This document shows positions 8,958-18,284 of a stretch of 64,000 nt of DNA, piece after piece (position 1 is the first letter of the stretch; every line of letters starts with the position of its first letter). Below the pieces are notes generated by a model. The model worked only from the letters and a program-made list of their open reading frames with translations, ran no database searches and was not told the DNA's origin. A program made the position numbers and the translations under genes. The stretch is from positions 96,001-160,000 of IMG/VR virus record IMGVR_UViG_3300036768_001490. The stretch is one strand, 5' to 3'. Source of the DNA: a virus.

Positions 8958-9043
8958 AATGTTGGCAGAGAAAGGAAAAACCCCGCCACCGTGACGCCAC
9001 GGCGGCGGGGCCGTCAGGGATGACCGGAGGTGGAGCGCCCCGG

Positions 9044-9847
9044 TCAGAACAGGGGAGTATTCCGAAGCGCCGGCAGCGCGTTAAGCTGAGGCGTCTGCTG
9101 GAAGTCCCAGGAGGGCAAATACTGCCGCAACTGGCGGAAAACGTCCTGATACGTGCCGCCCCGCGACTGCACCAGCCGGAAGGCACGCAGGGCGTAATAG
9201 GTCATGGCGCCGCAGAAGCGGCCGCCAATCCGCGCGTCCGCGCTGTACTCATGGTCCCGGCAGGCCGAGAAGTGAATGACGCCAGGCAGAGGCTGGTCCT
9301 GCCACCGGACCTGCTGGCCAAAGGCGCGCTCCATGCCATGCCACAACGGACTGTCGGGCGAAAGGAAGTGGGACGGCGGCAGGAAACGGACCCTCCGCTC
9401 CGACACGCTGCTGTCCGTGGCGAAGCGGAAGACCGAGCCCGAATGGCAGCAGTCACTGATCCAGAGCAGGCGCGCTCCCGGACGCAGCCGGCCAAACAGA
9501 TCGGCCAGTTCGTCGTCCAGGATCAGGTTGCGGCCATTGTCGCCCATGTCCGCCGGGCACAGCGCCTCGTCCCGGCCGTCCGGCTCGTCCCCGGAGAGGT
9601 CCGGCAGCCAGGTGCCGTGGCCAGAATACGTCACGGCGCTGCACGTGCCCGGCGACGTCTGGTCGATGACCTGCCGCAGGGCCGTCAGGATGTTACAGCG
9701 GCTGGCCTGGCGCTCCAGCATGGAGACGACGTCGAAGCCCTGGCCATGCAGGAAGCTGCCCCAGTCGTTGGCATCGTTGATGCAGCCGCGCAGCTCAAAC
9801 GGAGTGCCCGTGTAATTGATGCCGATGCACAGTGCCTTGCCCGACAT
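9044..9847 (-). CDS. metacaspase (peptidase C14 family)
   Basis: KALCIGINY...LRGCIND; catalytic His in YSGHG; catalytic Cys in ISDCCHSG. Confidence 0.9.
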   Translation of the reverse strand: MSGKALCIGINYTGTPFELRGCINDANDWGSFLHGQGFDVVSMLERQASRCNILTALRQVIDQTSPGTCSAVTYSGHGTWLPDLSGDEPDGRDEALCPADMGDNGRNLILDDELADLFGRLRPGARLLWISDCCHSGSVFRFATDSSVSERRVRFLPPSHFLSPDSPLWHGMERAFGQQVRWQDQPLPGVIHFSACRDHEYSADARIGGRFCGAMTYYALRAFRLVQSRGGTYQDVFRQLRQYLPSWDFQQTPQLNALPALRNTPLF

Positions 9848-9913
9848 GCCTGCCCTCCTCTCCCATTGCCTCCGGGCGACGGCCCAGCCCGCAGGAAACC
9901 TAAAAAACGGATT

Positions 9914-10219
9914 TTACCGGGCAGACGGCTGGACCGGGGCATCTCCCCCGCTTCTGGCCGCCGACGTCTCCCGATCCGTCGGCGGCCGGCTGGCCGGCGG
10001 CCAGCCACGGAACCAGACGCCCAGGTAGTAGCAGACCTGGGCCAGTACCGTCCCGGCCACGAACAGCAGCACAAGCCCGAGGACCAGGACGCTGAGGCTG
10101 AAGGCCATCTGGCTCAGCGCGGGCCACTTCCCGTAGGCTTCCAACCACCTGTCCATTGCGCCCCCAGACAACAGCCCGCCAGCGAAGGCGGCACGGAACG
10201 ACCTGACGTCCGGTGCCAA
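9914..10219 (-). CDS. small membrane protein
   Basis: Single long hydrophobic segment; follows gene order. Confidence 0.5.
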   Translation of the reverse strand: MAPDVRSFRAAFAGGLLSGGAMDRWLEAYGKWPALSQMAFSLSVLVLGLVLLFVAGTVLAQVCYYLGVWFRGWPPASRPPTDRETSAARSGGDAPVQPSAR

Positions 10220-10253
10220 GTATAGACGGCACGGCCCCTGACAGCAAGCCGGC

Positions 10254-10832
10254 CTAACGCGCCGCCAGCAGCTCCCGCGCCTGCCGCAGGGCCTCCTCGT
10301 AGCGCTCCCCGAAGTAGCACCGGTCCCCCGCGTGGGCCTCCTGGAGAAGTCCCTGGATAAAGCAGGGGGACACGCCCAGGTCGAGCAGGTCGGACATCAG
10401 CAGACGGGTCGCGCGGCGATAGCCCAGGTACGGGTAGCCCGAGTCACCGGCGGCATGGCAGTAGGAGCGGTAGCTGGACAGGGAGGCATAACGCTGGGCC
10501 AGCGGACAGTCCCCTTCCATCACATAGGTCCGGCGGCGCGTGCAGTACCACAGGCCGTCCAGGCAGGGGTAGGGCTCCAGCTCCTCCAGCCAGGCCGCGT
10601 GCAGGGCGTCCAGCAGCCGGCGGGAGCGGCGCGCGACCTCCGCGTCCGGGTGGGTCCGCCCCGCCAGCAGGACGGGCCGGACCTGCCAGCCCAGGCGCTC
10701 CAGCCGGACGGACGCCTCCTCGCGCCGGCCGAAGTCCGGGTCGCCCAGCTGGTGGACCAGGGACCAGGCGTCCGGGTCCAGGCACAGGGGCCCCGCCGCC
10801 CACAGGTAAAGGCCAAGGAACAGGGCGTCCAT
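10254..10832 (-). CDS. hypothetical protein with a HEAT-like motif
   Basis: LVHQLGDPDFGRREEASVRLERLG...HPDAEVARR. Confidence 0.6.
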   Translation of the reverse strand: MDALFLGLYLWAAGPLCLDPDAWSLVHQLGDPDFGRREEASVRLERLGWQVRPVLLAGRTHPDAEVARRSRRLLDALHAAWLEELEPYPCLDGLWYCTRRRTYVMEGDCPLAQRYASLSSYRSYCHAAGDSGYPYLGYRRATRLLMSDLLDLGVSPCFIQGLLQEAHAGDRCYFGERYEEALRQARELLAAR

Positions 10833-10870
10833 CGTTCTCCCTCCATCCTCTTCTCGGAAGCCAGTCAGAG

Positions 10871-11512
10871 CTAGTTATGCACGAACAGCGTGGCGCGGAC
10901 CTTCACGACCAGCCGGGGGCCAGCTACCCGGACCAGCCGGTCGATCCAGTCGCCGTCCGCGTTGAACGATGTCTTGTCGAAGGGCACCCGCCGGGCCAGC
11001 GCCGCCGCCACCAGCAGGCCGCCCAGGTCCAGGTGCCGGTAGCGCGGCTGAGTGACCAGCGGCTGCCACAGCCGATGGCTATGGACCATGTCGCAGTAGG
11101 CCAGCTGGGCCGGAGGCCGCGCCGCCGTGGCCTCGGCCAGCAGCCACTCCAGGAAGACCGGGGCGTACCAGTTGTCGTCGTTGGTCAGCAGCAGCCACGG
11201 ACACGTCCCCGCCAGCTCCTCGATGGCGCGCTGCCGCCAAGGGTGGCCGAACTGCTGCTTCCGGCTGGGCGTCTCCACCAGGGACAGGCGGGAGTCGCGG
11301 GCCGCTTCCTGCTCCCATTCCCGCCGGACGTCCGCGCTGGCCGGCCCGTCGTGGTAGGCCACCAGCCGCCAGTGGGGGTAGGTCTGAGCCTGGAAGGAGG
11401 CCAGCAGGGAACGCAGGGCGGCGCGGCGGCGCGGCTCGTCGTTGAGATAGGTGGCGACTCCGATGCCGACCGTGGGCGTGCCCCGGACCTGCTTGCTCCG
11501 CCAGTAGCGCAC
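10871..11512 (-). CDS. GT2 glycosyltransferase
   Basis: SLLASFQAQTYPHWRLVAYHDG; WLLLTNDDNWY; ADGDWI; TLFVHN. Confidence 0.85.
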   Translation of the reverse strand: MRYWRSKQVRGTPTVGIGVATYLNDEPRRRAALRSLLASFQAQTYPHWRLVAYHDGPASADVRREWEQEAARDSRLSLVETPSRKQQFGHPWRQRAIEELAGTCPWLLLTNDDNWYAPVFLEWLLAEATAARPPAQLAYCDMVHSHRLWQPLVTQPRYRHLDLGGLLVAAALARRVPFDKTSFNADGDWIDRLVRVAGPRLVVKVRATLFVHN

Positions 11513-11534
11513 CGTGGCCTCCCGCCGCCCGCCG

Positions 11535-12146
11535 TCAGGGGCGCAGCGTCACCTCCACCATGCGGATGTCCAGGCCCGTGTGGGTGAAGTGGTCCACCGG
11601 GTCCAGCAGGACCACCTGGTAGCGCTCCCGGTCCAGGCCGTTCACCAGGGGGCGGCAGCCAAAGTCGTCCCGTCCCTCGTAGTAGTCGTCCAGCAGGACA
11701 AGCGTGTGCGGCCCCATGACCCGGGCGACAGCGCCCCAGTCCGAGGCCACCGTGTCCAGGCTGTGCCCGCCGTCCAGGAAGATCAGGTCCGGCCGGATGT
11801 CCGTGTGCTTCGACCAGGGAACCAGCCGGTCGCGCGTGAAGCCCTTGAACAGCGTGACCTGGGCGCCCGTGGCCAGCAGCCGGAGCTTGACCTCGCTCTC
11901 GCGCGGCGGCAGGCGCTCCTTGGACAGCTCCGCCCGCGCGATCTCCGGCGTGCATAGCTCGAACAGGTCGAAGCCGATGTAGTGGGCCGTGCGGCCGGCG
12001 CTGTCCTTCAGCCAGGTGCTGAGCAGCTGGCTGGCGCGCACGCCGTCGTACGTCCCCACCTCCAGGAAGACCAGGTGCTTCCGCCCGCTCCGGCCGATCC
12101 GGTCCAGGGCACGGAACAGGTGGACATACCTTCCTAGCATGGCCAT
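11535..12146 (-). CDS. class I SAM-dependent methyltransferase (Methyltransf_24-like)
   Basis: FLEVGTYDG motif I; DLIFLDGGHS; VLLDDY. Confidence 0.85.
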   Translation of the reverse strand: MAMLGRYVHLFRALDRIGRSGRKHLVFLEVGTYDGVRASQLLSTWLKDSAGRTAHYIGFDLFELCTPEIARAELSKERLPPRESEVKLRLLATGAQVTLFKGFTRDRLVPWSKHTDIRPDLIFLDGGHSLDTVASDWGAVARVMGPHTLVLLDDYYEGRDDFGCRPLVNGLDRERYQVVLLDPVDHFTHTGLDIRMVEVTLRP

Positions 12147-12204
12147 GCCATCCATCCTCCTCCCAGACATTCCCATGCGGCCGTGACTCCCCGCCCTTCC
12201 CCCA

Positions 12205-12903
12205 TCACAGCCTGGGCCGCGCCCTACGGTACGGCGACGTGTCCCGCGGCGGAGGCAGACGGGACAGGCCCCGCTCCAGGCAGAGGCGCTGGTAGTCCTC
12301 CTGCGGAGCGTCCAGGCCGACAAACGGGCTCAGAGTCAGCGTCTGCACGCCGAACGCCTCGCGCAGGGCCTTGCGGACCTTGGCCGTGTACCGGCGGTAC
12401 TCCTTGTAGATGATGTCCGGCTCCAGGCCATAGAAGCGGACATGCTGGTCGTGGCCGTGGTGGTCGCCGCACAGGTCGCAGTGGTCGCAGCCGACCAGGA
12501 TGACCGTGCGCGCCCCCATGCGGGCGGCCATGTCCATCGCCGTACACTGGACGCCGCGACCCAAAAACAGAGTGTCCCGCGGCCGGGCGCGCAGCGTGTT
12601 CCAGTCCTCGCTGGTATGGAAGACGTAGTGGCTCGGGTCGTCCAGCTCCAGGCATTTCATGGGCGGCTTCTTCTTGATGAGCCACTGCGTTGCCGGCCGC
12701 GACGGCAGCTGGAGGTACTCCAGGACCAGCTCCGGATGGACCGTGATGGAGTAGGTGGGCGCGAAGTAGCGGAACGCCTGGTTGAGGCCGATGGTGACGC
12801 GGCCGCGCAAGAACTCCATTGGGAAGCAGCGCATGGACGGCCCCGTGCCAACCACGTAGATGTCGTCGTTGCAGTGCTTGCGGTAAAGTTGTTCGATACG
12901 CAT
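12205..12903 (-). CDS. DUF115/MptE-like (sialyltransferase-like Rossmann) protein
   Basis: IYVVGTGPSM; TIGLNQAF; MAARMGARTVILVGCD. Confidence 0.7.
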   Translation of the reverse strand: MRIEQLYRKHCNDDIYVVGTGPSMRCFPMEFLRGRVTIGLNQAFRYFAPTYSITVHPELVLEYLQLPSRPATQWLIKKKPPMKCLELDDPSHYVFHTSEDWNTLRARPRDTLFLGRGVQCTAMDMAARMGARTVILVGCDHCDLCGDHHGHDQHVRFYGLEPDIIYKEYRRYTAKVRKALREAFGVQTLTLSPFVGLDAPQEDYQRLCLERGLSRLPPPRDTSPYRRARPRL

Positions 12904-13112
12904 GGCGTCACCCTGTCTACGGCTAGCGCCACAGGACCACGTTGGTGCGCCAGGGAGCGGACCGCATGTAACGGCGGAAGCGGCGCGTGGCCAGTCCCAG
13001 GAACACGCCGGTCCCGCCCCGCTGCTCCAGCCGGTGCGGCGCCAGCTCCACGCACCAGGGCATGGTCCCTTCCTCCAGCAGACGGCGCGCCCGCCAGCAC
13101 CTGCCCTTCTGC

Positions 13113-13733
13113 TCAGGCCGGCGCGGGCGAGATGTCCAGGCCGTGCTCCCGCAGCCACTCCTCCACGTCCAGCTGGACGGCAGCGTAAGCGTCGTGCCGC
13201 TCCGCGTGGCGCCGGTTCCAGATGCGTGGGCACAGGATGGCGCCGGCTGGCACGCCATCCTCCTGGGCCCGGCCAAGGAAGGAGTCCACGTTCTCGTCCG
13301 AGTCGTCGATCAGGAGCGCGTGGGGCGCCGCGCACAGGTGCTTGTGCCGCGTCATGACGTAGCGGTCAAAGCCCGGATCTCCCGTCCATGCCCGCAGCCA
13401 GCGCTCCTTGCCCCAGGAGGCGGCGCCGCTGGGCGGCGCCGTCAGGAAGAAGACATCGGCCCGCTGGCGCAGCCAGGCATAAAAGTCCCGCGCTCCCGGG
13501 TACTCCTCCAAGGAGGACCAGAAGGAGGCATCGAGCCGCCGCAGGCGGCGACGGTACTGCCCCAGCGACCAGCCCAGAGAAACGCTCAGGTGCCAGTAGT
13601 CGCCCGGCGGCCAGGAAGCCTGCCTCTCCTCGGCGTCCAGGCCAAGGGAGCGGTACATGCCGCCGACGAAATCGGCCACGACTCCGTCCATGTCCAGCAG
13701 GACCGTGGCCCTTCTCTTCTTCCTGCGGCGCAC
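13113..13733 (-). CDS. HAD-family 5'(3')-deoxyribonucleotidase
   Basis: LLDMDGVVADF motif I; FLTAP; KERWL; LLIDDSDEN. Confidence 0.85.
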   Translation of the reverse strand: MRRRKKRRATVLLDMDGVVADFVGGMYRSLGLDAEERQASWPPGDYWHLSVSLGWSLGQYRRRLRRLDASFWSSLEEYPGARDFYAWLRQRADVFFLTAPPSGAASWGKERWLRAWTGDPGFDRYVMTRHKHLCAAPHALLIDDSDENVDSFLGRAQEDGVPAGAILCPRIWNRRHAERHDAYAAVQLDVEEWLREHGLDISPAPA

Positions 13734-14237
13734 CTATTCCACCTCGCTCTCCCCGTCTCCGTCCGCGGCGGCGCCACGGAACGGCCGCAGGAACTCCCAC
13801 TCCTCATCATGCCACCGGCCGTCGCCGGGCAACTGCGACCACTGGCAGCGCAGCCGGCCGTCCGGCAAGATGGCCATGACGGCCACCCCGCGCTCCCGGC
13901 CGCTTCTGCCGCTGAAGCCGACCACCAGCGTGTTGTGCATGCGCTTGCCGGGGCCATACGGGCTGTCGTCGCCGTACCACTGCACCAGGTAGATGTCCCG
14001 CGCCTTGCGGATGCTGGCGACCAGCTCGTAGCTCTGGCCGCTGGCGATGTAGTAGCCTTCCCGCAGCTCGTTCTGCCGCAGCGCGGCCGGCACGTCCAGG
14101 CGGTCGTCCGCCCCCGCCCGAGGGGGCGGCAGGTGCTCCGCCACGACGCCCTGGCGGACACAGGCGCAGTCCAGCAGCGGCGGCAGGCCGCAGGTAAGGG
14201 CCAGGAAGGAAGACAGGAACCAGCCATGCAGGGACAT
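13734..14237 (-). CDS. hypothetical secreted protein
   Basis: Hydrophobic N-terminus; abuts the nucleotidase gene. Confidence 0.5.
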   Translation of the reverse strand: MSLHGWFLSSFLALTCGLPPLLDCACVRQGVVAEHLPPPRAGADDRLDVPAALRQNELREGYYIASGQSYELVASIRKARDIYLVQWYGDDSPYGPGKRMHNTLVVGFSGRSGRERGVAVMAILPDGRLRCQWSQLPGDGRWHDEEWEFLRPFRGAAADGDGESEVE

Positions 14238-14292
14238 GAAGATACCCTCCTGTGCGGTTAGGTGAAAGCCGGGGGCCACCCGGGCGGCCGCG

Positions 14293-15159
14293 TCACGTCA
14301 TGATCCCGCGGCCGCGGCCGCGCGAGTGGCGCCCCTTGTCGTGTACGATGAAGCCGGCCAGCGCGCTGTAAGGGACCACCGCCGCGTGTTCCCCGACCCC
14401 GTGGGCCAGGTCCACCCGGGGCACGTCCGGGCAACGCTCCAGAGCCTTTTGCAAGACGTAGCAGTCGTCCCAGCGCTGGAGGCCGCGGTAGGACTTGCTG
14501 ACGTAACACTGCCGCATCCAGTCCAGGCAGACAGCCCCGCTCCGGTCGATGCGGTAGCCGACGACGCAACCCTCCAGGACCGGGCGCGTGCTGCGCAGGT
14601 AGAAAACGTCCGCCTGGCCGCGCTGGAACCACTCCCACAGCCGGTCCACGGACACGGCCTGCTGGAACTCGCAGTCGGCGTCGATCCAGACTAGCGTGTC
14701 CGCTGCCAGCGTGCCCGCCCGCGCCAGCTCCCAGGCCAGGTCCAGCGCCGCCATCTTGCGGAACCAGCGGCTGGCGTTGCGGCAAAACCACTGGCCGACG
14801 CAGGGCATGCGGTGCCGCTTGTCGTGCGGCCCGTACGGGCCGCCAGGGCACTGGCAGCCGCGCTCCTCCCGGCCGCCCAGGTGGGTCGGGATGATGTCCG
14901 CGTTGTCCTCCAGCCAGCGGCGCAGGAACTCCCGGCTGCCCAGGTCCACGGCCAGCACCCGCTGGTCCCCCGGAGGGGCGCCGGCGGCGGCCACCGCGTC
15001 CGGGTCCAGCCCCTCCGTGCAGGCCAGCAGCCGGCCCGCCGTCCCCTGGTCGCGGAAGGACGCCAGCAGGGGCGCGCCGCTGATAGCGTACATGTCGGCG
15101 GCAAAGGACGTCACCCACAAGGGACGCAGCACGTCAGGCGGCACGGACCGTTCCTCCAT
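14293..15159 (-). CDS. nucleotide-diphospho-sugar transferase-like protein
   Basis: WVTSF...; WFRKMAAL; LVWIDAD (DxD); WDDCYV; IVHDKG. Confidence 0.72.
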   Translation of the reverse strand: MEERSVPPDVLRPLWVTSFAADMYAISGAPLLASFRDQGTAGRLLACTEGLDPDAVAAAGAPPGDQRVLAVDLGSREFLRRWLEDNADIIPTHLGGREERGCQCPGGPYGPHDKRHRMPCVGQWFCRNASRWFRKMAALDLAWELARAGTLAADTLVWIDADCEFQQAVSVDRLWEWFQRGQADVFYLRSTRPVLEGCVVGYRIDRSGAVCLDWMRQCYVSKSYRGLQRWDDCYVLQKALERCPDVPRVDLAHGVGEHAAVVPYSALAGFIVHDKGRHSRGRGRGIMT

Positions 15160-15412
15160 CCCCCTCTCCCGGGGCGGCAGCCATGACGTCGTACTCCTCC
15201 GGCCAGGGGCAGTAGCCGCCGTCCGCTGACCAATAGCGCCGGCCGTTCCGGCCGACGACCCAGACCTCCTGCCTGCTACCGTCCAGCAGAAGTAGTTCCC
15301 GGGCGGCCCGCACCGCCTCGGCCAGACAGCTCTGGCCCAGCTCCTGACGGCACACCCACGGCCCGCCCGGAAGACGGTGCATCGGCCAGTACAGAGGGAC
15401 CATCCGCGTCAC
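15134..15412 (-). CDS. small hypothetical protein
   Basis: GTG start overlaps the upstream stop (GTGA); 92 aa. Confidence 0.45.
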   Translation of the reverse strand: MTRMVPLYWPMHRLPGGPWVCRQELGQSCLAEAVRAARELLLLDGSRQEVWVVGRNGRRYWSADGGYCPWPEEYDVMAAAPGEGDGGTVRAA

Positions 15413-16215
15413 GCTCCCTTCTTCTTGCCGCCCTTGCTCAGAAAGCGGGCATAGTCCGGGTGCAGGCCATTGGTCGTCCGCCAGTCCTCCCGGACATTCC
15501 ACTTCGCCAGGGCCTGCCGCAACATGTCGTCGGTGACGTAGCCGGTGGCGATGGCCACGCTCAGCTCCAGCTGCCACTCCCGCGCGTACGGATGGTCGGG
15601 CCGATACCAGGGCTGCTCCGGCTCCTTGGTGTAGTGCAGGAGCTTGGTCTGGCCCGGCTGGTACACGTTGAGGTGGTTCCAGGCGTCCTCGATCCGCTGC
15701 GGCGGCGGCTCCATCCAGGTGCAGTGCATGAAGTCGGCGTACGCCTGCTTGCTGGGATGGCGGCGCAGATGGTCCAGCACCCGCGCGATGTCCCATCCCC
15801 ACTGGCCCCGGGCCGCCTCGCAGTCGATGACCATGACGCTGGACTGCGGCCAGGGAGCGGCCGAGAACTTGTCCGGCTGGTAGGTCAGCCAGGCCGACGT
15901 GCCGCGCGGACCCGGCACCTGCTCCGGCTTGGTCCACAGATCCCAGATGTCGGACAGGACCAGCTGGTCCGCGTCCAGGTAAATGGCACGGCCCTGCCAG
16001 TTGCAGGCGGCCGGGACCATCCAGCGGCGGAGAGAGAAGCCCGTCCCCTGGGTGAAGCCGTCCGTCGGGTACTCCCAGGCCGGTCCCAGCATGGGCGTGA
16101 ACTCGACCGTCATGTCCGTACGCCGCTGGATGCTGCACTCCAGTACCTTGCGAGCAATCTCTGTCTTGGGCTCCGTGCCGATGAAGATACGGATCCGTTC
16201 ACCCACGTACCTCAT
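15409..16215 (-). CDS. GT8-like glycosyltransferase
   Basis: IRIFIG; TGFSLRRWMVP; RAIYLDADQL; SSVMVIDC; WNHLN; KLLHYT..PW. Confidence 0.85.
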   Translation of the reverse strand: MRYVGERIRIFIGTEPKTEIARKVLECSIQRRTDMTVEFTPMLGPAWEYPTDGFTQGTGFSLRRWMVPAACNWQGRAIYLDADQLVLSDIWDLWTKPEQVPGPRGTSAWLTYQPDKFSAAPWPQSSVMVIDCEAARGQWGWDIARVLDHLRRHPSKQAYADFMHCTWMEPPPQRIEDAWNHLNVYQPGQTKLLHYTKEPEQPWYRPDHPYAREWQLELSVAIATGYVTDDMLRQALAKWNVREDWRTTNGLHPDYARFLSKGGKKKGA

Positions 16216-16229
16216 TGCTGGCAACCTCA

Positions 16230-16538
16230 CTACCTCCCCATGCTCCCAGGGAACGTGTCCGCGGCCGGGGGCGCTGGCCCGACCTCCTTCTCGTGCGGCC
16301 AGGGCGGCCGGCCGCCCGGCTCCTGGTGGTCCACGTCCACCAGGACGCCCGTGATCTCCGGCAGAGTGCAAGTGAATTCCCGGCCCGTAACCAGGCAGCG
16401 CAGCACCACCGGCATGACCCAGCGGCTGCGCGTCAGGTCGAAGCTGCGCACCTCGCAGATGGAGCCGTCCGGCACCCGCACCACCGTGCCGGGGCGCAGC
16501 ATCTGGAGCAAGGACCAGACGTCCACGCTCGCGTTCAT
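16230..16538 (-). CDS. small hypothetical protein
   Basis: ATG with GGAGG SD; 102 aa. Confidence 0.45.
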   Translation of the reverse strand: MNASVDVWSLLQMLRPGTVVRVPDGSICEVRSFDLTRSRWVMPVVLRCLVTGREFTCTLPEITGVLVDVDHQEPGGRPPWPHEKEVGPAPPAADTFPGSMGR

Positions 16539-16572
16539 GCCCGCCTCCACCTCTCCCTCCCTTCCTCTCCCC

Positions 16573-17220
16573 TCATGCCAGCGCCGCCAGGTTGACCCAG
16601 ACCATGTGGTGCCGCGCCAGCGTCCGCTGGATTTCCTGGAACTGGCAGTCAAAGCTGTCCCGGCCGTTGGCCAGGCAGTGCCGAGGGTCCATGCCGGCAG
16701 CATAGGACGTACCGCCGTCGATCCCCAGCGTATACACTTCCTTGCAGCCGGCCAATGCCAGCAAGTTGAAGGCGGCCACCGCGCTGAAGTAGCGGACCCG
16801 CACCCGCCGGAGCCCGGGATGGTGACGCTGCCGCGGCACGCGCGTCGAGTTGTAAGACCACAGGCGGCCGGCAGCGGCCAGGTGGTCCAGGCCGCCCCAG
16901 CCGTCCCGCACCAGCTCCTCCAGGGTGAAATGGCCAGGGCCCATGTTCCGGTGCGGCACCCAGGGGAGGACCACGTCCGGGACATGGGGCAGGACCACGC
17001 CGTCCGCGGACAGGACGTCCGCGCGGCAGTCCAGGTACGCCTCCAGGTCCATGAAGTGGACGCAGGTGGCCGGCCAGACCCGGCACGCATGGTTGAGGGC
17101 CAGGACGTGAAAGCGGTCGAGGTCGAAGCAGTCCCGCAGGTCCAGCGACGGCCCCTTGCCCAGGACCAGCCAGGGCCTGGAACGGTACGTGCCCAGCCGC
17201 TCCACCGCGTCACCGATCAC
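16573..17220 (-). CDS. DUF115/MptE-like Rossmann protein, distant paralog of 12205..12903
   Basis: WLVLGKGPS; VLALNHA; LALAGCKEVYTLGIDG. Confidence 0.68.
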   Translation of the reverse strand: MIGDAVERLGTYRSRPWLVLGKGPSLDLRDCFDLDRFHVLALNHACRVWPATCVHFMDLEAYLDCRADVLSADGVVLPHVPDVVLPWVPHRNMGPGHFTLEELVRDGWGGLDHLAAAGRLWSYNSTRVPRQRHHPGLRRVRVRYFSAVAAFNLLALAGCKEVYTLGIDGGTSYAAGMDPRHCLANGRDSFDCQFQEIQRTLARHHMVWVNLAALA

Positions 17221-17250
17221 ACGGAGGCCCTCTCTTTCCCGCCCATCTGC

Positions 17251-18267
17251 CTACCACACCCTGCCGTCCACCACGCGCAGGTTCTCCACATGGAAGCCGC
17301 CGTCCCGGGAAATCTCGACGTAGGCGAAGCCGTGGTTCCAGTTGTTGAGCGGCGCATACTCCGGATGCATGTCGCACAGGCAACCCGTGGAGAAGGTGGT
17401 GATGACCCGCTGCTCCAGGTCTTTCTCGCTGTGCTCGCTGCTGTGATGGAAATGGCCGCCCAGTACATGAGTCTTGGCCCGAAGGAAGAAGCCCCGGGCC
17501 GGGTTGACCGGATTGGAAATGCGGAAGCGGTACTCATGCCCGTGGATGACGTTCAGCTTGCCCAGCTGGATCGGCCTCCGGTCGGCCACCACCTGGATGC
17601 GCTGCTTCTTTAGCCCGACTACATTGTCCCAGCTGAAGGCGGGCACGTCCAGCAGCTCCGGCGCCTTGACCCGCATGTAGCGCTCGTACCTCTCCTCGTG
17701 GTTGCCAAGCTTGTAGACGATGCGGGCCCGAGGAAACTGCCGCCGCAGGCCAGACAGGAAGTATTGCAGGCTGCACAGCTCTTCCCAGAAGTCGCGCTTG
17801 CGCGGGTCACGCTCCCAGTGACTCACCGCATAGTGGTCGGCAATGTCGCCGTTGAGCAAGAGGAAGTTCACCTTGCGCGCAGCGGCAAGGTCCAGGGCCA
17901 GACGCAGGCTGGTCTCGTTGTGATAAGGGATGTGCAGGTCAGACAAGACCAGGGCGCGCATGGGGCCCGGAAAAGACACCGCCCGCCAGGAGTCGAAGTA
18001 GGACTGGGGCGGCGGGACCACGTTCTGCCAGGGGTCGCCCGGCCGCCGCGCGGGCCGGCGGCGAGAACTGTCCCCCTGCGGCCGACGGCTGGACGCGCCC
18101 GCCTGGCCCAGACGCCGACGGACCAGCGTGCGGGCATGCTCGATGCTGTTGAACAGCTCAGGGTGCTCCCGCACCGCCTTGCGCGCCAGGGTCAGGGCCG
18201 GCGCGTCCGGGAACCGATCAAGCAGCTCATCGACCACGGCGCCGGCTGCCGTCATGCGCCTGGCCAC
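17251..18267 (-). CDS. calcineurin-like metallophosphoesterase
   Basis: SDLHIPY, NGDIAD, GNHE, HGHE and GHFH motifs intact. Confidence 0.88.
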   Translation of the reverse strand: MARRMTAAGAVVDELLDRFPDAPALTLARKAVREHPELFNSIEHARTLVRRRLGQAGASSRRPQGDSSRRRPARRPGDPWQNVVPPPQSYFDSWRAVSFPGPMRALVLSDLHIPYHNETSLRLALDLAAARKVNFLLLNGDIADHYAVSHWERDPRKRDFWEELCSLQYFLSGLRRQFPRARIVYKLGNHEERYERYMRVKAPELLDVPAFSWDNVVGLKKQRIQVVADRRPIQLGKLNVIHGHEYRFRISNPVNPARGFFLRAKTHVLGGHFHHSSEHSEKDLEQRVITTFSTGCLCDMHPEYAPLNNWNHGFAYVEISRDGGFHVENLRVVDGRVW

Positions 18268-18284
18268 GGACCGCCTCCTTGTCG

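Noticed and set aside
5650-8960. CRISPR array or integron attC array
   Set aside because: The repeats are ~330 bp and separated by whole genes. No short repeat-spacer periodicity, no RYYYAAC/GTTRRRY attC ends, and no cas or integrase gene in the window.
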